From assembly GCA_965235115.1 (NCBI GenBank), contig OZ249443.1, positions 4,650,001-4,714,000 on the forward strand: a stretch of 64,000 nt of DNA, read 5' to 3'. Numbering within the stretch: the stretch's first letter is position 1; each line of letters starts with the position of its first letter. Both the position numbers and the translations under genes were made by a program. Positions 23,701-35,872 of this stretch are shown here, one piece after another. The notes beneath the pieces were generated by a model that was not told where the DNA came from, searched no databases, and was given only the letters and a program-made list of their open reading frames with translations. The DNA is from Laetmonice hystrix. Its lineage: Eukaryota.

Positions 23701-26700
23701 CCATCAGAATCGACGTCCTCCACAACATACTCGCCACTCATCTCACTACTGCCACGGTGACGTAACGTACGCTTGTTTATATCATCTCCTACTGACAAAA
23801 ACGGCACCTGGAAAAGTAAATGTCAAGTTTGCATTTCAAAATTATACTTCTTACACATAAACTACAGTCGCTAAATTAATCTTAATTATGTGGTTCAAAC
23901 ATAACAAATGAACATTCCTGATGACGGTATGCATTCTATGTGTTACCAACTCTACGTGTTACCAACTCTGTGTGTTACCAACTCTGTGTGTTACAAACTC
24001 TGTGTGTTACCAACTCTGTGTGTTACCAACTCTGTGTGTTACCAACTCTATGTGTTACCAACTCCATGTGTTGCCAACTCTATGTGTTGCCAACTCTATG
24101 TGTTACCAACTCTATGTGTTACCAACTCTATGTGTTACCAACTCTATGTGTTACCAACCTGCTTAGAACCGAGTCCTTGTGGAGCAAGCTCCATCACCTT
24201 GCTTGATAATTCACCCTTGACAGTTTCTAGGTCACCATATGTGTGGTCTCTGTGCAAGGTCACAACGACAAGACGCACAAAACTTGCACTGTCAGCCAAC
24301 TGTCTACGACCAGCATCAGTGGCAAACAACCATTCTGTCTCCCTGTGAAAAAAAAAACACATTTTATCACCAATAAAAGTCCACCTTTTTGAAGATTAGA
24401 TCTTAAGTTTTTATTCATGAAACAGAAGAGGATTCTCAAATACAGTGGAAACCCGCTTAGGCAGGCAGCCGTGGGTCTGGGCCTTTGGTGCCCGCATAGC
24501 GGGGTGGTCGTCTTACCGGGAACTAGGTCATTATGTCTTTGTGTTTTGAAAGCATCAGCCACTACATGCTAATCCGCCCTGACTGTTATTAAATACATGT
24601 ATACATGTACTTCAAGTGAGAAATTCATGAAAGTAGCAAAATATATTTTTGGAAAAGCATGGATTTATTATTACTGAATGGAACATTGCAGCACAACTGA
24701 ACAGTACATGCACATGTAGTAAAACATGTTTAAAATGTAATAGGACTATAGGTATTTACATCTTTAAATAAATCTTCTACATTCCCGGATAATCACAGAT
24801 TTTTCTGACTCAAAATGCTCTATCATAGTTCGTATGCATATGTGTATAAAGTTCGTCAATTTAAGAACGTTTAAAGAAGCTGGCTAGAATGGGTTGCACT
24901 GTACACCTGGTGAGGGTCTCGGTCAGGAAGTTGTCCTGGGCGGTCATGAGGTGTTCAAGGGTCTGGCTGTATGTGGGTAAAAGCTGTTTGTTTGTTGCAT
25001 TGTGGGTCGCATTGTTTCTCTCACCTAGGAAAACTGACGATATGTGTTTATGGAAGTGGTCTCACTTTGATTGACAGGTCGCACCTAGTCAGCACTAGGT
25101 GTGAATGGGCCAGGGTGGCGCCAGTACCAGCAGTGTGAGGTGTGAGCGGCCAGAGTGGTCGCCAGACCGAGTTGAAAGAGGCCGGTTGGGACTGAAAATA
25201 GGCGCCCGCAAGGCGGGTTGCCCGCAAGGCGAGTGCCCGTATTGGCGGGTGTTTCACAAACATGAATATAGAAGGAAAAATTCGGGACTGGATCAAACTG
25301 CCCGTAATGACGGGTTGCCCGCTTCCCCGGGTTGGTCGTTAAGCGGGTTTCCACTGTATTATTACCAGTAGTCTTGTAAGTAAATCACTCCATCCATCGC
25401 ATTCTTTAGAAAATACAAGTTACATATATTCTAGAGACCAATCATTTAAAATGTCTAATTCCACCAGGGATGTTTTAATTGCTTACCTTCCCTCAGGGAC
25501 AATAAATATTGCAAATTTATTAGGTGAGTGAACTGGTCGGTCAACAATATGCAACGTGTATCGAGGAGTGCTTGACGCAGAACTATAAAGGTCAAGACTA
25601 ATGTGCTCTCCTGCTTGATTCCTGAAAGATAAACAAAACCTAACATATTAAAGAAACTTCATTTGCAAAGACAATTTTACAGTGTGTGTGTGTACTAAAA
25701 TAATATTTTGGCCCCCAATATTATCACAAATGACATTAAGCAAACTGACAATGTACCTTTTGTTGAGTTGTTGCCTTATTACGCCATAGTGTTGCATTTC
25801 TTTCACGGCAGCTAACACCTGGTCACAGGTTTCGTATCTCTCCACCCGGTCTTCAAAATAAGCTACTTCCAGAATCTGAAAGGAAAACATGCTGTTTTTA
25901 TTATTTTAGGCACAATTTCTATTAGTGTATGAAGACCATTGTCTCTTTAACGCCAAAAGCATTTACTCATGCAAGAGAACTGCATGTTACATGATCAAAT
26001 TCCAATACCTTTCTGAGGCATATCTACAAGTTACCTGTTTCATGTTGGGCATCTTTCTAAATTTTGTTAGGACATAAACAAAGACTGGCATATAGAATTC
26101 CTTTTCCTCCTCTTGCTCCTTGTCATCTATAACCCGACAAATTCGTACCATCCAACCCCTACAAAGAAAAACACCTATCCTTAAATACATTCTCTTCAAC
26201 TTCTCATCACTTACAATGCTTCCACATTTGAGTTCTTGGTATTCAAGATCTGAGTAGCAATACTCTCATTTACAGATCATGTTTGTCTTTTTCAAATTAA
26301 AAATACAACGTAATATCATTAATCTTATGAAGCTTACTCTGTTGTGAAGTACTGAAGAACTTTGTGAATGATGTGTTCTTGAGCCAAGGAGACACACACA
26401 TAACGCCCGCCAACACGTAGAACTCGTGAAATCTCAGCAAACATCTTGTCGACTTTGTCGATGGTCTCAGGTTGACTGTCTGTCATGATGGCGTCCAGCG
26501 TTCCTTTATCAAGCACAACACTGAAGTCACCATCTCCAAATTCCATCTGAAACAGACGAGGAGCAGGCATACCTTTTAAGATATCAATATTTAATGTGAT
26601 AAGGGCCTGGCTTCTCGAAAATACTTAAGTCTGAGTTTCACTCAAATCTACTCACTCAGGAATGGCGCCAAAATGAAATTAAATGGGAGATTCACATTGG

Positions 26701-27409
26701 CTAAAAACGTTCTTTGGAACGCCTCACTCTGAGTTAAGTAGATTTGAGTGAAACTCAGACTTAAGTATTTTCAAGAAACCAGACACAAGAACTATGTGAA
26801 TGAATACCTTTTCAAACAGGCAGCTGACTAATGATTATCTACAAAAGCTTACCTCATATATATCCATTTTGATGAATTTCATGTCTGGTCTTTGTTTGGA
26901 GTTTATTTCTTTCATCTGTCGTATGACGACCTCACTGATGTCAATATTTGTAATGCTGCGATAGCCGACATCATACAAATCTGCACTCAGGGTAGAGTTT
27001 CCACATCCCACATTCAAAACCTTGTCTGCTGGTTTGATGTACTTGTGCAAGATGCCACAAAGCTCACCATATTCTCCATACCTATATGGATAGAAACACA
27101 CAAAACTTCACACATCTCAACTAAGGTCACAACTCATACTAAGTCTGTTAAATCAATTTGTACAAATTATCAACCAGTTCTCAATTATTAAATATTCCTA
27201 AGTTTCTTGCTTGAAAACCAATTCCTAATTCAATACTCGTTTTAAAATTACAAGGAAAAATGTTATACCTGCTGCTGATTTTGTGGATTTCTATTTCTAA
27301 GTCCATCCAAAACTTACCACTCAAAAGCTTTCGCCCCTCTTTTCTTGAAAAACCTTTCCCAGTATTCAGCATGACTAAACTCTGTGTGACTTTTAGGAAG
27401 AAGGCTCAT
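20763..27409 (-). CDS. METTL13: eEF1A lysine and N-terminal methyltransferase (dual-domain METTL13/EEF1AKNMT), 13 coding exons
   Basis: Exons (minus strand): 27318-27409 ([31 protein letters not shown]), 26853-27081 (VGCGNS motif), 26338-26546 ([10 protein letters not shown]), 26035-26158, 25757-25875, 25487-25621, 24159-24342 (RETEWLF), 23630-23807, 23239 to about 23388/23400 (acceptor ambiguous), 22527-22603 ([12 protein letters not shown]), 22107-22242 (VEIDP, VADG), 21258-21386 (MSCPP), 20763-21055. All GT-AG and in phase. Confidence 0.97.
21794..21946. mobile_element. PIF/Harbinger-like MITE in a METTL13 intron
   Basis: TIR (t/a)gcc(c/t)gcc(a/g)cacactatacg; flanks cta/tta. Confidence 0.72.
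22769..23177. mobile_element. hAT-like non-autonomous element with a 6-bp TSD
   Basis: TAAGAC|cagggtgtcaagt ... acttgacaccctg|TAAGAC; many subterminal aaaataggaa motifs at both ends. Confidence 0.85.
23938..24158. repeat. 16-bp minisatellite (about 14 copies) starting at the METTL13 exon 7 donor
   Basis: Unit tgtgttaccaactct(a/g), period 16 (ttacc at 24007 and 24023). On the minus strand it begins AAGCAG|gttggtaacacatagagttgg. Confidence 0.95.
24443..25356 (-). mobile_element. Internally deleted pogo/Tigger-like element retaining the transposase C-terminus
   Basis: TA|cagtggaaacccgctta ... taagcgggtttccactg|TA. A minus-strand remnant ends ...[33 protein letters not shown] (stop at 24861-63). 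Confidence 0.85.
26603..26786. mobile_element. MITE with ~54-bp TIRs (probably PIF/Harbinger-like) in METTL13 intron 2
   Basis: ctgg(c/t)ttct(c/t)gaaaatacttaagtctgagtttcactcaaatctact at both ends in inverted orientation; TSD unclear. Confidence 0.78.
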
Positions 27410-27902
27410 CTTCACCTCGCAGTGTTTAACACCCTCCCAAGACGGTACCTGACAGCGAACAAGAAATGATAACAAGATTTACTAATACAAAATGTACTAT
27501 TCAACAAGATTAACATTGCGAAGATCGTGTTCTTATTCCATATTAATCTAAGAGCAATGAATATCAAATTTCTGGGCATCATTTTACAATTTAAGCCCAA
27601 TACTTTGCATACTGAAGTCAGTAATGGGCTTGACACTGTGTACATCTGGCACAACACTGCATACATGGAGCTCGACACGGTTTAACCACGTATCAAGTAT
27701 CAAGATTCACAACCATGTCCACCACCGGCTCTCCTGGCATGACCATCTAAACAGCTCCTGGCATATACCCTGTACTGTATTCTCAGCCACCTACAGCCAT
27801 GCTATAGTCACCTAGTGGGATAAAAATTACAAATCTCGACATGCTACATATCAGGCTCCATACATTTGGCTATTGATACACGTCGTGTTGAGCATATCAA
27901 GC

Positions 27903-28858
27903 TTGACACACCATGTATCCAGCCCAATACACAGCGAGCTCCATGGTATAAATATTGACACACCATGTATCCAGCCCAATACACAGCGAGCTCCATGGTA
28001 TAAATATTGACACACCATGTATCCAGCCCAATACACAGCGAGCCCCATGGTATACATATTGACACACTGGTCATGTATCCAGCCCAATACACAGCGAGCC
28101 CCATGGTATACATATTGACACACCATGTATCCAGCCCAATACACAGCGAGCCCCATGGTATAAATATTGACACACCATGTATCCAGCCCAATACACAGCG
28201 AGCGCCATGGTATAAATATTGACACACCATGTATCCAGCCCAATACACAGCGAGCTCCATGGTATAAATATTGACACACCATGTATCCAGCCCAATACAC
28301 AGCGAGCCCCATGGTATACATATTGACACACCATGTATCCAGCCCAATACACAGCGAGCCCCATGGTATACATATTGACACACTGGTCATGTATCCAGCC
28401 CAATACACAGCGAGCCCCATGGTATACATATTGACACACCATGTATCCAGCCCAATACACAGCGAGCCCCATGGTATAAATATTGACACACCATGTATCC
28501 AGCCCAATACACAGCGAGCGCCATGGTATACATATTGACACACCATGTATCCAGCCCAATACACAGCGAGCCCCATGGTATAAATATTGACACACCATGT
28601 ATCCAGCCCAATACACAGCGAGCCCCATGGTATAAATATTGACACACCATGTATCCAGCCCAATACACAGCGAGCCCCATGGTATACATATTGACACACC
28701 ATGTATCCAGCCCAATACGCAGCGAGCCCCATGGTATTACATATTGACACACCATGTATTCAGCCCAATACACAGCGAGTCCCATGGTATACATATTGAC
28801 ACACCATGTATCCAGCCCAATACACAGCGAGCCCCATGGTATACATATTGACACACCA
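27903..28858. repeat. 52-bp tandem array (about 18 copies) in the predicted 5'-UTR intron of METTL13
   Basis: Unit ttgacacaccatgtatccagcccaatacacagcgagc(c/t)ccatggtata(a/c)ata; two 55-bp variant units (acactggtcatg). Confidence 0.96.
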
Positions 28859-29037
28859 TTAACTTGGCGGACACTCTGACCATCGCCGACATCGGACACT
28901 GGGACAGGGACAGTCTTTGACAAACTTGATCTAACATTGGCGATAATAGGCCATTATAGGGCACTGTAGTCTATTTATTAATACTATTACACAATCATTT
29001 AGAATTACTAAAGCTTACGAATGTCTATTCTACGTAC

Positions 29038-29155
29038 CTTTGTAACAGGAAAATGTGCCTTTCTATATCTCCTGCCTCTACACACGTGACACAGTCTACA
29101 TTTGTAATGTCTTTTGCACTGGATTTTTCACACACGTGCAAAAACAACACCGGAA
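29038..29155 (-). other. Putative non-coding first exon of METTL13
   Basis: Donor ACAAAG|gtacgt at 29037 and a matching acceptor (ttcttgttcgctgtcag) near 27460, upstream of the ATG. An ETS-like ccggaa lies near 29150. The 5' end is a guess. Confidence 0.5.
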
Positions 29156-29235
29156 ATTATTGAGCACCGATGGTTTGGCCCTCCCCACTGGAGAGCGAGT
29201 ATTCCCTCTGCCACCAGATGGAGCCACTGCATAAT

Positions 29236-29364
29236 NNNNNNNNNNNNNNNNNNNNNNNNNNNNNNNNNNNNNNNNNNNNNNNNNNNNNNNNNNNNNNNNN
29301 NNNNNNNNNNNNNNNNNNNNNNNNNNNNNNNNNNNNNNNNNNNNNNNNNNNNNNNNNNNNNNNN
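29236..29364. other. Assembly gap (129 N)
   Basis: Run of N. Confidence 1.
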
Positions 29365-29439
29365 GATTTCTCTTCTAAGCTTTTCTAGTTCTAAATGGCC
29401 CGGTTTTGTATAGCCTATTATAGTGATTCAAGGTTGCTG

Positions 29440-29780
29440 ACCATGGTGTCTTCAAGTTCAACTCATTACACAGAGTCAGAGGCACACTTCCAGACGGCCT
29501 AGCTATATCTAAAGACAAATGCACCAGCGGGCCTATTATATGTCAGTGTTGGGGGGACGCCTTTTAGAGGTGCGTATGATGTAGGAGTTCTTTTACGCAC
29601 TGATCTTCCGTACTTCCGATTTGGAATTAACCTTTCTAGACAAATAACGCGGAAATAATATGAGATTAACACCTCTCAAGGCGCCCTCTATCGTGGAGAT
29701 GCCACATAGCGGCACAGAGCTGACACACAACTGGCGGGTACCTGCCAATGGACTGACAGGAGGCCATTTGTACGAAGGAT
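29440..29780 (+). repeat. Dispersed ~420-bp repeat family copy
   Basis: Colinear with 4370-4860 and 63620-63810, including gcgccctctatcgtggagatgccacatagcggcaca. Confidence 0.85.
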
Positions 29781-32536
29781 AGGGGAACCAGGCTCGGCAG
29801 CACCACCCCACGGCGACCACCACCAGGTGGCAGCATCATCACCGGCGTTATCCGGTGTAACAGGAAGTAGTCTGTCCGCATCCTTGCCGCCACAGCTTGT
29901 TTCTATCTCCCACAGCACTCAGCTCGTGCAGAGCCCAGTCCTAATAACTTCTAAAGATAACTGGCTACAGCTAGATCCCTGAGCCTAAGGCCATACTTTC
30001 TAGCTCCCTAAATAAAGACCAAAGAATCAAATGATCAACAAATGTTTTGCGAAGCAGTAGGTTACTGAAAAGGCAAGAAAGAAAAACAAATCCTTTAATT
30101 TTCCTATGTTTATTATGTTGTCGACAACACTTGTTGACCGGCTATGTACACAGCACAAATGACAATGTTATACCGATAAGCAACAATTCCCGCATACATG
30201 GCGCCCTAAGTAAACTCAGTCGGATCTCACATACAACACAGTGGCTAGGCCTATATCATGTAGCAACGAACCGTATTATATTCTACAGTTCATTAAGCTT
30301 TGTCTTACGAGTCCCATGGCACATGAGGATAGCGTCTTTGACCTTCATCCCAATCTCTTTATAAACGTTCAAATCTTGGTATAACAAATGTACGCCCCTA
30401 CATATCGCTTCGATACATATAAATAACTGAATGGTACTGTCCGGCTTAATCAGGCTCTCAGAAATGAACGGAATAAATAAAATTGCCGGTAAGATGAAAA
30501 AAAACAACTTCACTTCAGCTGTCAGACTAGATATTTCCTGACACGTCTCTGTCATTGACAGCGAAAACTGATTATCTTTGGTGGCAATGCCGTAGCCATA
30601 ACTTCGATAACTTTGCTCTAAAGTACAGTACTCTCTAACGTAAAGTACAATGAGAGGGGTGGATTTCCCTTGGAGGCTGGGTTTATAATTAATGACAACT
30701 CATCTGTTTGGACATGATATCCTTCACGTGTAAAACACTCGGTCATACTTGGGTGCCTCAAACATGAAACTTTACCCTAAAACACAAAATATTTAGGCAA
30801 GACAACTCTGCAGGTCTTTCAGAATGTAAGTAAAATGAATATTACTGGTACCTTTGTTTGTATATAATATATATCTACAATAAAGACTTCCATACAACTG
30901 TTTCGCATGTCACTGATTACCACACAGAAATCTGTCACAAAACCAGGTTAAAAGGTGCTACATGATTATCCCAGGGAAATGTACAAACATCTACATTTCT
31001 TGATTTCACAAAGCCAATTCATTGCAGAATGCAATACTTGAAGGCATTTGATTTGAACCTGCTGACCACACTAGCACCTCCCGATATGGTTACCACGTCT
31101 CGTTAACAATTTCTAGACATCCCTCACATCATTCTGGTCAGGAACTAGGCATTTAAGACAAATATACCAAACGTACAAATTGACCTTAATGAGTATAAAA
31201 AATGTGAAACTTGTCGGATAAGTGCAACCATAAAATTTGTGGTTTCCTGCTTTTATTTTTGGTTTTTAATGCTGTTACATAATCTACAAGTCTCTTTCCC
31301 AAAGAAAACCAATCTATATGTTACATCTTAAGAAAGTATTTTTTCATGCTTTCTTGGCAACATCCATGGTATTAAAAAATGTACAATAGTCTCCAATGCA
31401 CACGTATAGTACTGGACATAGCGAGATATATGTCCGTCAAAAGACGGCCTGGCATACAACCAAACATTCACGGCTGATCAACAGTCACAGCCTTCTGCGC
31501 ATTCAGATTTTATTTATTTTTTTGAAAAACACACGTCCGCCTTTTTATAAAAACACATACAACCAAGGATCCTGGCGATTTCTATAGTGGTGGTGGTGGT
31601 GGGGGGGGGGGGGTGTGTTCTAATACAATTGATTAAATAAATCCACTACCCATCTAAAAGCAAGTGTACTGTATTACAAGTTTATGAATCCTCCACACTT
31701 TCTTTACCACAAGTTTCTTCATGTAAAGCCTATTGTTGAAGCCTTTCGGGGACCACATTCCCTAACCCATGTTACACACACCTTTACCTGTCTGAAGTAT
31801 TATTATTTTATAATACGGTAAATACTCTAACCTTAACCGTTGCTGGCCAGAAACTATGGCCTGAATAGCGCCCCCTTCTGGGCAGGATGACAAATGGACC
31901 AAAGCATGAGGCGCCACCTAGGGGCGAATATCAGCATTCTGAGGCATCCAATACAAAAACTTGAGCGAACCCTTCCTAATGCCGTACCTCTGAGTGACTT
32001 GCTTACAATCAAACTCATCTATTTGATGGGCTTACTAAGTTACTGTTAGAAAGCAATTGCATCTTAGGCACACCTGGGCGAGTATTAACGATAGAACCTT
32101 GAATTTCTGCAGGTTTTTTTTCAGTATGATTTGAAAAGCAATCCCCACTGAAGTCCGACCAAGCGGGGGAGTATTTTTTGATATATTACAACTCGTACAT
32201 TTACCCTAAGTCTGTGTTACTCTACTCGTCAGATATGAAATGACAGGAAGAATCTGAGTGGCCGCTATGGTACTCCATATCTCTATCACAGGACGAGAGA
32301 GGTCTGAGCTAAACCAGGAAAATATACAAGATATGACACACACAACCGTACTTGACGGCTGAACCTTGGTGAGTACTGCAGGTAATAAAATCTTATTTCA
32401 TATGGTTCGTTTCTTGAGGAGGTTGTTGGGGAGAAAAGATCTCTGAGCAAACGTTTTGAGCAAACTAACTGACATCAGTCCAAAAATCATAGTTAGTAGG
32501 CAGAGATCCTGGGTTGAAAATTACATCGTCTGTGTG

Positions 32537-33000
32537 TAGCCACAAGTTTACAAATAGGACATAATATTGAATAAAGTTTGAATTCTGAATCTTGTAAACT
32601 AGTAGCCACAAGTTTACAAATAGGACATAATATTGAATAAAGTTTGAATTCTGAATCTTGTAAACTAGTAGCCACAAGTTTACAAATAGGACATAATATT
32701 GAATAAAGTTTGAATTCTGAATCTTGTAAACTAGTAGCCACAAGTTTACAAATAGGACATAATATTGAATAAAGTTTGAATTCTGAATCTTGTAAACTAG
32801 TAGCCACAAGTTTACAAAAAGGACATAATATTGAATGAAGTTTGAATTCTGAATCTTGAAAACTAGTAGCCACAAGTTTACAAATAGTACATAATATTGA
32901 ATGAAGTATTGAATTCTGAATCTTGTAAACTAGTAGCCACAAGTTTACAAATAGGACATAATATTGAATGAAGTTTGAATTCTGAATCTTGTAAACTAGT
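32537..33000. repeat. 66-bp AT-rich tandem array (about 7 copies) downstream of MEGF8
   Basis: Unit tagccacaagtttacaaataggacataatattgaataaagtttgaattctgaatcttgtaaactag; it gives a 22-aa periodicity in the ORF track. Confidence 0.96.
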
Positions 33001-35872
33001 AACAATATTGATTAGTCATGATTTATAAAAAAAAAAAATAGCCATAAAATTACAAAAGTTTCACTCCAACATTTAAATTCAGACTGCATTTCATCTTGTT
33101 TACAGAAAGCTTTCCGAATATCACCTGATGTTTCATTCAACCGTCCTGGAATTCCTTCTGAAGCCGTGCCCGGGTATAACCAATACACGTACTATTTACC
33201 CTAACTGGATAAACAACTTTTATAATAAAATAAAAAACATCCTTACTGGGAGAAACCGTGCACTGCTCGGGGTTCTACTGTAGCATACATGTACTAGCAA
33301 ACACAACTATCATACAATTCCAGCTTATTTACAAGTACTTGTAAAACTACCAGTACCTGTCTGTAATGCTCACTTTACATGTGACTGGTAGCTGCTTAGT
33401 TTGCTGTTTACTTCACAAATAAATACATATGTACAACTGACAGAGAGATAAGTCTAATTAAGCAGGGCAACCGCATCATATTTCCAAGCAAGAGAGAAGA
33501 ACTATACAACAGTGTGGTTTGTAATATTATGGTTTTGAGATTTTTTCAACTACCCCATGATTCCTTTCATTTAATTTTTCAGACATTTTGATTTTTGGTC
33601 ATCCCAAAGAAAAAGCGAAATATGCACCAAAAAGAACTTCTACAAATCGTGTGCCTGCAGTGATGAGAAGTATATACATACCAAGCGGTAAAAACAAACT
33701 ACCAAAATATATAAATAAAAGCTGCTGTGCAAAATAACGCTTTCCTTCCACACATCTTTCACAAAACTTGTAGGCCTAGTTGTCTCCCCAATACATGACA
33801 ATAATAATATCTTTGAGAACCTTTTCTAACTTCTCTCACAATCTATTCACAAGATCATCTGTACATGCTATATTCAGAAACACGATACCGTGTTGTATTC
33901 TACAAGAGTAAATGCTGATTATATATAAATGTTTATATATAATATATATACCTATATAAAACATTGACAGTATACACAAGGGGACACATATAAATGCATC
34001 ATGCATGAACAGCGTCAAGAACGACTCCTAATACACCCGACCAGTGCACCAAGCATTCGGTACCATGGATTACAAACTGACCCAATTCAGCTAATACTGT
34101 ACAAGTAGAACGGAATGAGCTTACAACCTCAGCCCGTGGACAGGTTGTAAGCTATGACATAACGTTTACTCCAATATTGCCTGAATCAGGGCAGAGTTTG
34201 CACAAACAATGAAGAATATACAGAATGAGAGAAGATGACATATACAAGGTGGTAAGACACTAGCCAGCTCCTGCAGGCCTATTGCGCAGCAAGTGCATGT
34301 AGCCAACAAATGTTAACCTAACTTCATTGTCAACAGGAAGCCAACTAAATAGCATCAACCACTGCTTCAAAATCTTTGGTCATATTCGTTTTCTTTTAAA
34401 CCTGATATTTTCTGTCAAAACATTTAATCTGACGGTTTATAATCTAATCTGAAAATCTGACTGAAATCAACAATGAATTCCAGTGGCTTGTACAAGCAAG
34501 ATCAAATAACACCTAGAGTTTTCAATGCCAGCATGATGAAAACACTTGAAAAGGTTTGTATAAATGACTGCTTCTAATTCAATACCGGGTGGGGGTGGGG
34601 TGGGGGGCTTTTCAGGGGATTAGGAGATGGTCCCCTTAGAGTGTAGATTGCACTTAAAAACTTTGTGTTTGTCCCTTAAAGTCCAACAGACATCAAAATT
34701 AACATGGAATTTCATGCCAGATCTTGATGATACATGTAATTTGTGGTTGTTTAACTTAAAGGAGCGGTTATTGTACAAGAACATGAACTGTGTGTATGCT
34801 GTTTTGAAGACCAATTCCCCTGATGACGTCATCAGGGGCAATGGTAAAGAATAGGCGGGAGTGAGACGAATCAATTCGAATTTTCAATATTTTTCTAAAT
34901 TGAGAGGACTTCTCAGAAAACCTATCAGGGACACGTCTACCACTCAAAGTGATCTATCTAGATCAGTAAAGTTACCTATGTGATGTCAGTTGCTATCTCT
35001 CGGTAACATGAGGCGAGAAGAGGCCACAAAAGTGGCTGTATTATGAGAAGGGACGGTAGACTCGACTCTGAGGAGCACAAAGGTACTGGTACTGGTTCGA
35101 TAACCTGCATGTACCAGTAACCACAGGCAAAAACAAAACCAACAGGAGTTATAACTGAGAGCAATAACAAAATCAGCTCCCATCTACATAACTGCTTCAT
35201 ACCCATATGTCCGGGGCTCATTCTCTGTAAGAAATTCAACAATTAATACATTGATGCTTTCCGTTCAAGATACATTTTTGTACTTGAAAACTTGGAAGTA
35301 GACGTTTTGAATGTTGTGGAGAATGAATTTAATAAGAGGGAGTTGACAGAAGGCAGCCGTTTTTAAGACATCACCGGAATGTATCATTTTGTCAGCTAAT
35401 GGGCCGCGTATTTACACGAATACACATTCACAAACATTACATCCTGCATTAAAACGTTAACAAAAGGCATCAATGAATCAAAACGCGAAATTATCTACAA
35501 AAAGTGTTGATGTGGAGAAGGTACGACTGGTTTACAACGAAAAAATAATTGAAACAATTTACAGCTACAAGAACACGTCAAGATGCATTAGGTTTTTGAG
35601 TATATGTTTGAGAAGTAAGCTCATAGTCTCGGCTTCCAGTTGGTGCCGGCGTAAGGCTTCACCTGACAAGTGACAAGTTACAGTACACCAGAATGTAAGC
35701 CACATCGTGTAAGAAAACCCACCGAAAAAACTCTCACACGCATCGGTGCTAAGAAGCCACATGTGTAATTTGAAACTCTCTACCTGCACACCCCCATTCC
35801 CAACTGGTAGACTGACTCAGATTCTCCACTGGGTGAGTCCAAGTTGAGATGCGAGGGGTGCGCAGCTGTTGG

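Noticed and set aside
27844-28964. Long ORFs (up to 299 aa) in several frames
   Set aside because: They are translations of the 52-bp array, open in several frames at once, periodic, and without splice or homology support.
30598-30610. loxP-like ATAACTTCG
   Set aside because: Only 9 nt match; there is no spacer or second inverted arm.
32465-33005. 136-aa and 170-aa ORFs
   Set aside because: They are translations of the 66-bp array.
29400-35870. Additional gene between METTL13 and MEGF8
   Set aside because: Only short ORFs without recognisable domains or a consistent exon chain. It is more likely MEGF8 3' UTR plus intergenic DNA, but the boundary cannot be placed.
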